Source: Mytilus trossulus (taxonomy: Eukaryota). Taken from it: 64,000 nt of DNA. This document shows positions 36,140 to 48,200 of this stretch, piece by piece. Numbering within the stretch: the stretch's first letter is position 1; the number at the start of each line of letters is the position of its first letter. A program made the position numbers and the translations under genes. The stretch is taken from NCBI RefSeq assembly GCF_036588685.1, contig NC_086374.1, forward strand, positions 38,006,001 through 38,070,000, written 5' to 3'. The notes beneath the pieces were generated by a model. The model had not been told where the DNA came from and did no database searches. It saw nothing but the letters and a program-made list of their open reading frames with translations.

Positions 36140-38430
36140 ATCTAAATGATAAACTGTCAAAGCGTATAAGAAAGAAACGATCAGACTAAACGAACGTGTC
36201 GAATACATCAAACCTGATGTTATATCATAGGATGTGATTCATGGTAATCAAATGAAAACCGAACGACAGAAATCTTTCCCAAAGGGTACAACAAAAATGA
36301 GTTTCGCAAGGACAGAAACAAAAACGGGGCAGTCGAATGCAATGCAGTCCATGATACTAATGCCTCCGATGACAACAGTAAAAATTTATAGTGAACTACA
36401 ATGGACAGAAATCCAAACAAAGACAAAATCAGTCCCTATTGGTTGCTTCTACCGTCCACCAAATGCAAGCATATACGCATATATATAACCTCATAACATC
36501 AGTACTATAAGAGTGAAAGCAGCAAAGATGAATTTTTAACACTTGCAGGAGATTTTAACCTTCCTCATATATAATGGGGGAAAACAACAGTCAAATCCGG
36601 AAAAAGCACAAGTAAAACATCACCAATAGCTTCTGGAACTCATTGAAGAATTTGGAATTGAACAACTACAAAAAAAAACAAGTTGGTAAAACAACATCAA
36701 TGACTTATTTCTTACAAACCATGCAAGCCTTGTAAAGTCATGAAGCACACTACCTGGAATATGAGATCACAAACATCATTATTCTTGATACAGACTTAAA
36801 ATCACAATTTAATCAACAAAAAACAAGAGAATTATACGTTTAAACTTTACAAAAAAGTAAAATGGGAGGTGATCACAGCTGACATTATAAAATTAGGCTT
36901 TGAAATCACCAATAATGACACCTCTGTTGAAAATAAGTTGACAAACCTTAAAAATGGTATTGTAACAACACTTATAAAAAATAAGAGAAAATCACAAGAA
37001 ACTCCGAAGAAAATTCAAAACAGAAAGTCCCTAATCAAATGGCAAAATCAAAATCTACATTGATTATCAAACAACGTGAAAAAGAAAGTAAGCAGAAAAC
37101 ACAAACTGTTTCAGAAAGACAGAAAAGCCCGAGGACTGATGCAATTTAAAGAACATAAAAACAAGAATGTGTCCCAGTACACGGATGCTTCATCCGCACT
37201 ATCATTTTTTATGTTCAGTGGACCATGAAAATGGGGGAAAATCTATAATTTGGCATTTAAATTAAAAAGGTCATATCATAGGATACATGTGTACTAAGTT
37301 TCGAGTTGATTGGACTTCATCTTCATCAAAAACTCCCTCGACAAAAAACTTTAACCAAAACGTTAACCTGAAGCGGAACGAACGGACGAACGAACGAATA
37401 GAGTGCCGGACGCACAGACCAAAAAACGTAATGTCCATTAATGAGTCATAAAAACTTCACAGAAAGCTGTACGACAAACTGACTGGCAGTATGTCAACAC
37501 AGTAATAGACGCAGCTTTTGAGGAAGGTAATGGAAAACCATTTTGGCGATGAATAAAGTTTAACTGTACTGACAACACAGGTGTAGCTAGAATAATTTTT
37601 TTTTTTTACATCAGGACAGCAAATGTTTGGCAGCCTTACTTAACGACCAATTCAAATCAGTCCTCATCACTTTGAAGACCAACTACCACAGACACATGAA
37701 TCAAAATATCCAAGTATGAACAACATTAAAACCGAAGTTCTGGTAGAAAAATATTGATGAAATTCAACATCAATAAAGCTTGCGGACCAGACGGCATCGC
37801 AAACAAAGTATAACAGCTATGCTCAACTGAATTAGTACCAGTAGTGAATTACATATTTCAGCTTAGTCTAGACTCAAAAACACTACAATCTGACCAAAGG
37901 AATGCGAAAATCAGTCCAATACTTAAAAAGGGATTATATACAAAGCAGCATATTACTGACCTGTATCACTCACTTGTGTAGGCAGTAAACTCCTTTAACA
38001 TATAGTTTGCAAGCCTATCCTGAAACACCTGAGGCACACATTATACTTATGTAATTCCAACATAGCTTCCGTAGTGGCCATTCCTGCAAAAGTCGGCTTC
38101 TTATTACTTACTATGCATGACATCATGAAATCTTCCGATGACATCAAGGAAATTGATTGAACCATACTGGATTTTAGTAAGACATTCGAAACTGTGCCTC
38201 ATCGAAAAGTTTTACACAAAATTAAGAACTAGGGAATTGAAGATAATACAAATGCATAGATTAAATTAATACTATAATGCAACGTGACAAGCGAGTTATG
38301 GTCGGAGGATCTTTCCTCTTTCCCCTTTATTGCAATGGCATATTAATGACTGTGTAAAATCACAAGTACATCTGTTTACCGACGACTGCCTCCTGTATAA
38401 TTCCATAAACACACCATATGACCAATTTCA
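36140..38430 (+). mobile_element. Degenerate LINE ORF2 (endonuclease plus reverse transcriptase), copy B
   Basis: MINCQSV, IGCFYRPPN, LAGDFNLP, KACGPDGI, PVSLTCVGSKLL, FQHSFRSGHSC, ILDFSKTFETVPH and LFTDDCLLY motifs in broken frames; interrupted by the repeat at 37160-37454. Confidence 0.85.
37160..37454 (+). mobile_element. HINE/Helentron-like repeat inserted into the LINE remnant
   Basis: aacaagaatgtgtcc...(GAAC/GGAC)n...cataaaaa; inserted in an A-run; absent from the paralogous LINE in copy A. Confidence 0.7.
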
Positions 38431-38770
38431 AATACTGTGGATTTATTAATATTCGTTGGATACCAATTTTTAAGGGTTTCGTGGGGACAGGAGAACCACG
38501 AATTTAAATGTTCAACTGACTACTTTTAAGAGTATCTATGACAAAAACGCCTTGTGTATACAACTCCTTTGGGACCATATTTAAAATAAACAGCTGTGCC
38601 AAGAGAGCATGATACGACCGTGGTTTAAAAACTAATCAATGTCATATAAGAAATTCATGAAAAACGATCTTAATAGATATAAACCAAAATTTCATGTTAC
38701 TGCTCAATGCATTGTACGAACAGTAAAAATCAACCCTTTTTATAAATAAAATCACACAACTCCAAAGCAT

Positions 38771-39551
38771 ACAAGAGGCTGTCACAACGACAGCAAACCG
38801 GATTTATTAACATTTACTTGTAGTTTAAACATATTTTATTGTTCAAAATGACAAAAGGATCAGACACAAGTTTTACAACTTAGTAACGTCTTCTCCAAAA
38901 CAAATACAAAATATGCACATTAATTAATGAACATATGAAATATTTCTTAGTAACAAATAATTTAAGAATAAAGACATGAAAACAAAAGGAAAAATTTATT
39001 TGTATCCTGCCAATATCACAAGAACCATAACTGATGAACGGTGAAAGTGAAAATCGTCAATATCAAATTTGACCTCCATTTTGTCATCAGTATCAACATA
39101 TTAAAATTTAAAAAGCTTAGGTTGAATGGTTCATGAGTAAATGCACGGACACGACTGGAAAAGCAATTTTTCAATCTTTCAAGAACCATAACTCTTGAAC
39201 GGTCAAAGTCAAAATCGTCATTATTGATCTTGACCTCCATTTTGTCATGAGTAACAACATATTTTAAAAATTTGGGAAGCTTTGGTTGAACAGTTAATAC
39301 TTAAATCCACGGACATGACTGGAAATGCCATTTTTAAATCTTTCAAGAACCATAACTCCTGAACGGTAAAAGTCAAAATCGTCATTATTAAACTTGACCG
39401 TCAATTTGTTGTCTGTACAAACATAGCTTTGGTTGAATGGTTCATGAGTAAATGCAAGGACAACATTTGGTTGCCGCCCGCCCGGCCGCCCAGCCACCAT
39501 ACATCCCCAAATCAATAACTGACATTTTTGTCACAAAAATCCGGTTAAAAA
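38771..39551 (+). mobile_element. HINE-like element with three ~162-bp internal tandem core repeats
   Basis: Units start with caagaaccataact at ~39019, 39180 and 39344; followed by a (CGCC)n-like microsatellite; subterminal inverted aaccggattt / aaatccggtt. Confidence 0.7.
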
Positions 39552-42238
39552 TCAAATAGGAAGCTTTCCTCAATTGATAGAAACTATTTATCAAAGTTTC
39601 ATAAAATCATTACCATCATGTGTAGTTGACAGCATTATCCTGAAATTTTAATTTGACAATTTTATAGTACTTTCATCATGTACTATCTTACCATAATGAC
39701 ACATTGCATCAAACAATCATTTATTCAACAAGGGATTTTGTTTTGGCGTAAAATAAAACTAGGTGTCTTCTGAACTTACTAAGCGTTTTAACCAGTATGA
39801 TTTTCACCGTCTATTACGGTTTTCAAGATACAAGACAATTAATGCTTTCACCACTATGTTCTTTGTTTACCTCTGGTTGTCATACTGGTTGATTAGGAGG
39901 AACAAAATTGACAGAAATGTAACTAAAATACTTTTAGGATCATTCAGGTAAAGTTTGTTTAAAATTGGTCCTGTGTTTTCAATGGAGAAGACATTTGAAA
40001 AATTCCAAACAATGACTGACACCAATTGATTGCAAAAGCTAATTTGGCACATAGGGACAGGTTAGCTAAAGATGTGTGGAGGCATAGGTGTGCATTTCAT
40101 TTATTGTAAAAATCTCAATGCTTGTTCTTTTAATTATAGAATGAATGACAGCTGTTTATGCTATTGTAAATTTTTTATTGCATCACTTAAAATTTGGTGT
40201 ATTTTAAAGTAAAATGAGGTATACATATATAAATAAAATTGGTACCCACATCCACATGCTATATATATATGGTCAATCAAGTTGTTATCAGAATTACTGT
40301 TGTCAGTCAAAGAAATCTTTAAGACATATTGTAACTGCAATCCTATAAACTATTGACTAATAAATCCTTAATGATTACCCTCATCATGATCTTATGTAAG
40401 TGTAGAGTTATATATTAAGAGTACAATTTCTGGTTTACATACATCACTTGTTTCACATCAGTGGCTATCAAATGCACATGAGCACTTTTTAATGCTCTGC
40501 CTGTAATAGTATTTGAATCTGTTTGTGTCTGTTTCTCTGTTCATCATGTCAGTCCATAATCACGTTTAAGTTAAGATAGCTTTCAATGAAGCAATAGTCA
40601 TTTGGTAAACAATGGTAACGGTAGCTCAACATGAATTTGTGGTCACATCTACTTGAAACATAATACATACATTTATTGTTATATGAACTTTCTTAACATA
40701 AGGACATAGTAGGATTTTAACCACATTTCCCAGTTCACTGAACTCAAACATTATGAGCTGGCCAGTTTGTCCTCATGACATGTTTTCATTCAATCTATGT
40801 GAGCCCAAGAGAACATTAGTATTGGAAATAATATCTTAGGGTATTTCACCAAACAGAAAACAATCTATTTTTAGAAAGAAATTGTCTAGAAAATATCAGT
40901 TTAACCAATGAAAGTATTAAGAGAGGATAAAAAAAATGGCACTTTTTAACTTCTCCATTTCAGAAAGACCAATCCATTGTTTTTTTTCCACAATCATTAT
41001 AAAGAATAACCTCATGTCTGCTGCAGGTTTAAAAGATTACACAACTCCTAACAAAATTTAAAAAAAATGGTTGAAATAAAAACTATAAAATGACAAGGTT
41101 ATTTTTCTGAATTAAAGGAATTATAAAAGATTCAATATAATAAAAGAATATTCACAACTTTGATATACTTAAATATCACACAGTAAAGGTTTTGTGTATT
41201 GGTTCAGTCAGCACAAGATTAAAACCAAATTAGGCATGTATTTATGACAAATAAGCCTTCTTCAGTAAGTCTAAAACTATTCAAAGGTTCTAAATAGTAT
41301 CTAAAAGAAGGTAAGTTGAGCTTTTTCTGCCTATAATATGTTAGATTATGTATATAGCTCTAATGAGCAGATTCAAACACAGGATAAAAAAGAAAGGAAT
41401 TTAATAAAAAAATAAAATAATCAGTACTTGGTCAACACCAACGAGACATATTCTCTATTTAACTTTTGTTATATTATAAAGGATAAAATCCTTCCTTTTT
41501 AAGTAGACTTTGCCAAATAAAAGTGTGATAAACCATAATGTAATGGAACTTTCAGGTCAACAGGTTCAAATATTGGTTCAATTGATTTATACATGCTTCA
41601 TACAAATCTAGTTACTGTGGATTCATTTATTTACATGGGTACCAATGTTTGTGGATTTAGAAAACTTCCATTTTTAGGTATAAGATTTTCTATTGACTTT
41701 TGTTATTTTTTGGAACATATTTTCTGATTTCTTGCATCCATATAATCTGTGAAAATTGGTATTCAACAAATAATAATGAATCCACAGTACCTGTAATGAT
41801 AATCTTTTCCTTAGATTATTAAATAACAGCATGTGAATAAATGGAAACTGTTGTAGCAATTCTAGAAGAAAATTAATTAAAGGGGTTTTAACATAAAACT
41901 GAAAGGTGGTTGCTAGTATTATAATTATTGTTTGGGACTATAAATGTAAAATAGAAATTTTACCAAATGGGTGGCTAAAATGGATATAAAAATATATTTG
42001 TAGTATTTCCCCCACAAGTAAAAATATATTCAAGCCAATCATGCTTTCCCTCATATAAGTACCAAATAAGTCCCTGGAAAAAACTTTGACATCAATGTAC
42101 CATTTACACATATCACAGTTGATAACAGAAATAGTAATACAATAAATAGTTTTTAAGTCCCACATGAACCCAAAAACATTATCATGAAATCAAATATTAT
42201 TTTTAATTTCTGAGATATCAAGGATTTATGCTTATTCT

Positions 42239-45200
42239 TCAAGGTGTTAATCCATTCTTGTTGCATACAGTTTGGTTGAAATTCTGAACGCATTTGTTGA
42301 TATCCAGAATAAATGGAGATCTATTCAGAAGAGTTCCAAAAGAGAAACAGTTACCGCCTCCTCCAATCACAACAAATCTCCCGTCGCCAAGGTAACAGAT
42401 CTGGTGCTGGTGTAACAATATCAAAAAGTCAGGATCTGGTACCTTGAGAAGAAAAACAAAATTTGTTAACATAGAAATATGTCTTGCTAGCTCTACGAAC
42501 AATAACTTCATTGTCTGTCTTTAATACTACATATTGGTGTAGATAGCTAGTACTTTTAAAACTCTTCATATAACACTGAAGAATGATTACTGGAATATAT
42601 AGATGATGGATGTTGGTTGATGTCCAGCGACATTCAGGATGAGAACACATTAATGCAATATGAATATGAACCTTGCTTTGTACTAGATTGCCTTTTGACA
42701 TGCTGGTTCACAAGGTAACAATCTGCAAATCACTATACTAGTATGCAATATTTAGACCCCAAGAAAAGTTGTATTTATTCTTATTCCTTAATGCCCTGTG
42801 TTTAAAGGAGTTGCACAAAAAAAATTTGAAAGTGTTTGGTTTGAATTGGTAGTGAATAAAACCAAGGAAATCCCACACTCAAGTCTAGCATGCAGCCAAT
42901 AGACCACTGAGGCAGAAATAAAGTTTGCTTTAACAGTAAAACCATGTTAGATACTAATTCGTCAGCATTTCAAAGAGTCTGTTATAGGTTAGCCTTTGGT
43001 ATGTACAACAAAAAACAGGAAACATTTGAAAAATTTGAAAACATAAAATTTATGCAATTCACTGAATGAATTCTAAGGTATCTAAAAAAACCTAAGCAGC
43101 CTAATTTTTCAAATATGATAGTTATTGTGCAATAAAATTCCTTTTTAAATAGCTGAGTTTCAAATATTGTTAATCAAAACATCAAGATTAATTTTTACAT
43201 GTTTTATGGGCTAAGTATTCTGTTTCACTCTCCGTATTTTCATTGCTTGACAACCCATAGGTCAAGAAATTTATGTAATGTATACCCGGTCTAGAAATTA
43301 ATGTAATGTTTACAAAAACTTTTAATCTGCACAAAGTTATTTCAAGATTAATTGATTGTTGGTGTTTTATATATATGACACACACTGTAAGCTTAATTTG
43401 CCAGAAAGCAAGGAACTATAATGTATTACACAATTTATAAAATAAATTTATACATACAGAAAGTGCATATTCTGCACATGCACCTGTCAAAAGGTTGATG
43501 ACAGCAACACCTGGTGACTGATGACACAAGTTGACTCCACCAATCAAGACTAACAGATTATCTATGACTTGAGCTGTGTGAGAATATCTGTTAAATAAAT
43601 ATATCATCCATTTGTAATCCAGTATGATTTGTACAGAATTCAAATAATTAAAGAAAATAACATGAGAATAAATATGGAAAAATAAATGTTGATTGTTGAT
43701 TCTTTATGAAGAGCTCACATCATTTTTGACAGGCTAATAAAAACACTCACATGTTTAAGTTGCAAGGTCCAGTAACTCAAAAAGTTTTAATCTTCTTTTC
43801 ACCAAAAATTATACAGATTGTTTGACGAGCATATAAAACAATTATAAAAAACTTCATGAAATTTGGATAAGTTGTTCTCAAGTTACTGTGTGACATGTAT
43901 AGGACAGACAGATGGACATTTGTATACCATAATACATCCCATTAAAATTTTGACAGGATAAGAAAACAATAATGTACCAATATCTTCTAAAAAAAAAGTA
44001 CAGGCAGTGTAATAAAACATTAATATTCCTTGGCTTAGGAAGATATGAAGATTTGTTCACCCTCGAAAAGTCATATTTCCCTGGGTTGATGCCCTAGTGA
44101 AATAATTTTTCTTTGGTAAACAAATCTTCATATCTCCCTCAGGCACAGGAAACAAATGTATAATTTAAACAAATATGAGATAGCTTTTATGTAGCATGTG
44201 TAGTATAACATACCTTGGTAACAGCTCTCCAGTAACATCAAACCTGCTCCACACCAGGTTTTCTACATCCAACATACATATACTGTTTACAGGTCGTAGC
44301 TGAAGGTCAAGACCCCCAGCAATGATAACATGATTGTTCCAGATAGAGGCTGTATGTGATTGTCTGTATCCTGGTCCTGATACAGAGTTACAAACCTTAA
44401 AATATAAACTAGCTAAATAAGATGTAATGTTGGCATTTAATATATTTGTACATGGACTTTGGTTATAGATTATAATTTGTTAAATTGAAAGATTTTTTTC
44501 ATTCATCTTGAGTATAATAGTTCACACACTGAAATGTCTCCCCTACTTTCAGACCATTGATTTTAAGTTGATAGCTTCACTACAAACTATATTTGATAAT
44601 TGCATGTAATCAATACCTTAGTAAAGTTTAATAATTCATATTATGCCAACCTATGTCAGGGGGCATAACTTCTGAATCATTATTTCTGAAAATGTAACTT
44701 GCTAGACTTATATTAAAGATACGTTTTGTTTAAATTAGAGTCTTTTATTCATATTAAGGCCATAGTTGTTTTTTTATTTGTTTTGCGTCCGCGTGCGGGT
44801 AGGTTTTCGGCCAATTTGTGTCAAAAACAAACACAAACTTTTTTTTGTTCGTCAGTAGAAAATCCGTATTTTCCGGGTTTTTCCAGCCGTGTTTTTGTGT
44901 ATTCTTATACTCAAATCTATTTTGCGCTTTAAATAACAAGTACGCTCCTTATTTAAAGCGTTTAAGCGATCTTGACTTCGATACATGTGACAGCAGAAAT
45001 GGCCAGTATAAATGTGCCGGCGAGCGAGATCGTTTGTGTTTCACTTTTCAAAGATAAAAGGATCGTTCTGGCTCCATATGCCTTTCCGCTCGCCGGCACA
45101 GAAACTTTTTCTCAGATCCTAGAGAGCCTTTACGTAGCCAGCATAAGAGACACGTTAAATACAAGATTCAATGAACCTATCACCATAGGGGATAAAACTC

Positions 45201-48200
45201 TGATAAAATGTTATGTTTCATCTAGCTCTAACGGGGAAAAAATTGAAATGAATACATCTATCAAGGCTATAGATGCTGTTAAAATGTTTGGTGCATATGT
45301 AAGCTTTGAACTGACTGACAAATTTTGTGAAAAAACTAATTCAAATCAACAAAAGAGTGCCTTTGATGTGCTTATGTCTTCAAAAACACCTTTATACTTT
45401 AGTTCTCATGTTAAGTTTTGATTTATTTGTTTTAAATTTTGTTTTAAGAATTGTTTTCAATTAATAAAACATTTGAATGTATCAGAGCTTTTATTTAATA
45501 TTAAGATTCACTAAATTTGATATTGAAAAGATCAACCAATTTCACTGTAATGGTTCTTCCTTGGTACAGGTCTTACAGTAGGCGTTCCTTACTTGCTTGA
45601 AGAAAGAGTTACCTCCCATTTGCAAAGTTATCTTATTTTATAATTGAAATAAATTTTTATACTTTTTTAAATGAAAAATAGTAGTTTTTGCAAATATTTC
45701 TAATAAATTTCTTTAAATGATATCTACTGTCTGATAGGATAGGATAAATTAGTATGTACATTTTTAATTCCACAAGATATTAAGATATAAAACATAATTT
45801 CATTAGTTTATTTTCTGAAAAAAAAGTATGCAGAACAAAATATTAATATATTGCCAAAAAGTTTACATAAAGTATTTAAATTATAGGAAGATAACTCTGC
45901 AAATGGGAGATAATTCATGCTTAAAACATTATTGATTTGATACAGGGAATTATTGATTATACATAGGTTTTAATACAACATGACACATCTCAGATCAAAA
46001 CATGTCTCTTCTCAAAGGCTTCAGTATAAATGGGAAATGTTTGAAATACCAAGGCCATTTATGATTTCTCAGAATATAGTCATATCAAGTTTGTACATTG
46101 CTAAATTTCCTGTTTGTCATGTTTGCTCTTTCACTTAGATATGACAGTATTGATCTAAAGTCACTGTTAATCAGTCCAGAACTTAAGCAGACTCTTGTGT
46201 TATTTTCTTTGTGTGTGTTTTTTTTCCTTGCTGTCTGGTAGGTTTTCTCAGAATCAGTTGACACAAAACAAAGAAAAAAACAGACACGGCCTAAACTAAA
46301 GACAGCACATTTGGAAGCTATTATTTTTTATTATGGATACTGTTTGATTATATAGATAACGTTCTAATAATTTTAGTCTGCTTCATTGTCCTTCTCCATT
46401 TAGTTCTAATTGTTGATTTTTTAACTAAATGTGACTATTTCTTACCTGATTCAACTGTCCATTATCTGGATCAAACATATATCCACAGTTCAAGGCCAGA
46501 TGTGTCTCATTCCTTCCTCCGTATACAAATATCATTTCTTTACCTGTTTAGAAATGAAAAATATTTAACATACTGTAGATTATTCATTGTTTATATTTGT
46601 TAGATAACAATTTTTGTGGATTCTTTAGTTACAGGAGGACATTTAATGTAAATTTTTTATGGGAATGCATGCAGTCTTTGGCAAAACCACAAAATCAAAT
46701 ATTCACTGAAATGATGGTTTTCCTCAATAGACGAAAATTGATAGTTACAAACATAATTGAATCCACAATATTGAAAGATAAAAATTGATGTGGTTAAAGT
46801 TTAATTAATAATCATTAATGTAAGTTGTATTTCTAAATAAAACATACTCAGTCTAAATTGCCCTATATATATTTTGTTATATACATTCCCTCCTTAAAAA
46901 TAATTGATTTAATGTTTTATAAAATTGCAATAAAAGGACATCATGCCTTAGAATAAAATTGGACTTTAAAATAGCCCCCAATATTTTTTAAAACATAAAA
47001 ACTCTTTTTTTTTTATAATTCATTTGTTGACACTTTGAAAACAAAATCAACAAAAAGTTCACACTAACATCTCTGTCATCCATTAATTAAAATACTGAAA
47101 AACATACCAGCTTTCTGGCAGACAACTGCAGAGTGGCGCCATCTAGGAACTGGAATGTATCCTGTTTGTTTTATCACAGAACAAGTTAATGACATAGATT
47201 CAATATCCTTCATCTCCTTATTATCACAGCTCATGTTTTCCAAAATAACAATGTCTTTTTTATCACAGTTTGAGTTTATTTTATTACTGTCTAAGTCTAA
47301 ACTATCAGATAAACATTTAGTTTTTTCCTTTATGTTTGTATCTGATACATTATGTCTATCTATAGTATCTTTTTTTGAGTGTGTTTCATTAGATTTTGCA
47401 TTGAGATGTGAAGTAGTTAAGTTTGTTTTTTCAATCTTAACACAATTTTTATCAGAATGTCTGGAATCTGAACTCAGAATTAATGTTTCCTTTTGTGCAC
47501 AGTTCAGATTATTAGATTCATCTTTATTCTGATTTACTTTCTTGTCTTTTCTATTTAAAAATTCATAATTTGAGTCCTCTATTTCGGTTTCTCTTGATGC
47601 ACCATTTAATATATCTCCATGTGCCAACTCTGTAGATGTATGTGAACCTTTACTTAAACTATTTTCTGTCCCATTTGTGCCGTTATCTTTTGTTTGAAAA
47701 GATGTCTCAGATCCTTCAGTTAATTTTCCTGTTGACTCATGACAATTAATCAGAAGCTGAACAACTTGTTTACAAGAATAGGTAGGTGACATTCTTCCAC
47801 CAATAAGAATTGTTGAGCCATCCTTCAGTGAACACAATGTATGTCGAAGTCTTACTACTGCAAGAAAAGATTATTTATTCTACACACATTTTGTCATTCT
47901 AATAGGAATAATGGATTATTATGTTTTCTTGAAAAAAATATCTTTTTTCATGTATTGTACAGAGGGAAGGGTAATAAGAAGATTGATTTGTGGTCAATAG
48001 GGAGACATCAAACTCTACATTGTATCTGGTTTTTGTATAGATCTTCATGTGAGTGACTTTTGATTGTTCTTTTATTATTATTGTCAAGAATAAGTGTTAC
48101 AATGTCAACAAGTTGGATGTATTTGATAAATTCATTGAAGCTTAATATTATCACAACTTATCTTTCATTTGTCTTTTTAGTGCTACAGATCTGTAGTATT

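Larger units (their letters stand above)
21628..37652 (+). repeat. Tandem segmental duplication: copy A ~21628-27352, copy B ~29266-37652
   Basis: Collinear matches through upstream DNA, receptor CDS, 3' flank and LINE remnant (e.g. ctcacacgaaaaaaa...aatctaattcattttt at both starts; ggcag.cttacttaa at both ends), with copy-specific insertions. Confidence 0.9.

Noticed and set aside
42429-42722. 90-aa ORF and candidate acceptor upstream of the last LCMT2 exon
   Set aside because: No recognisable homology; splicing to it would stop after 4 codons and lose the conserved GGGNCFSFG end.
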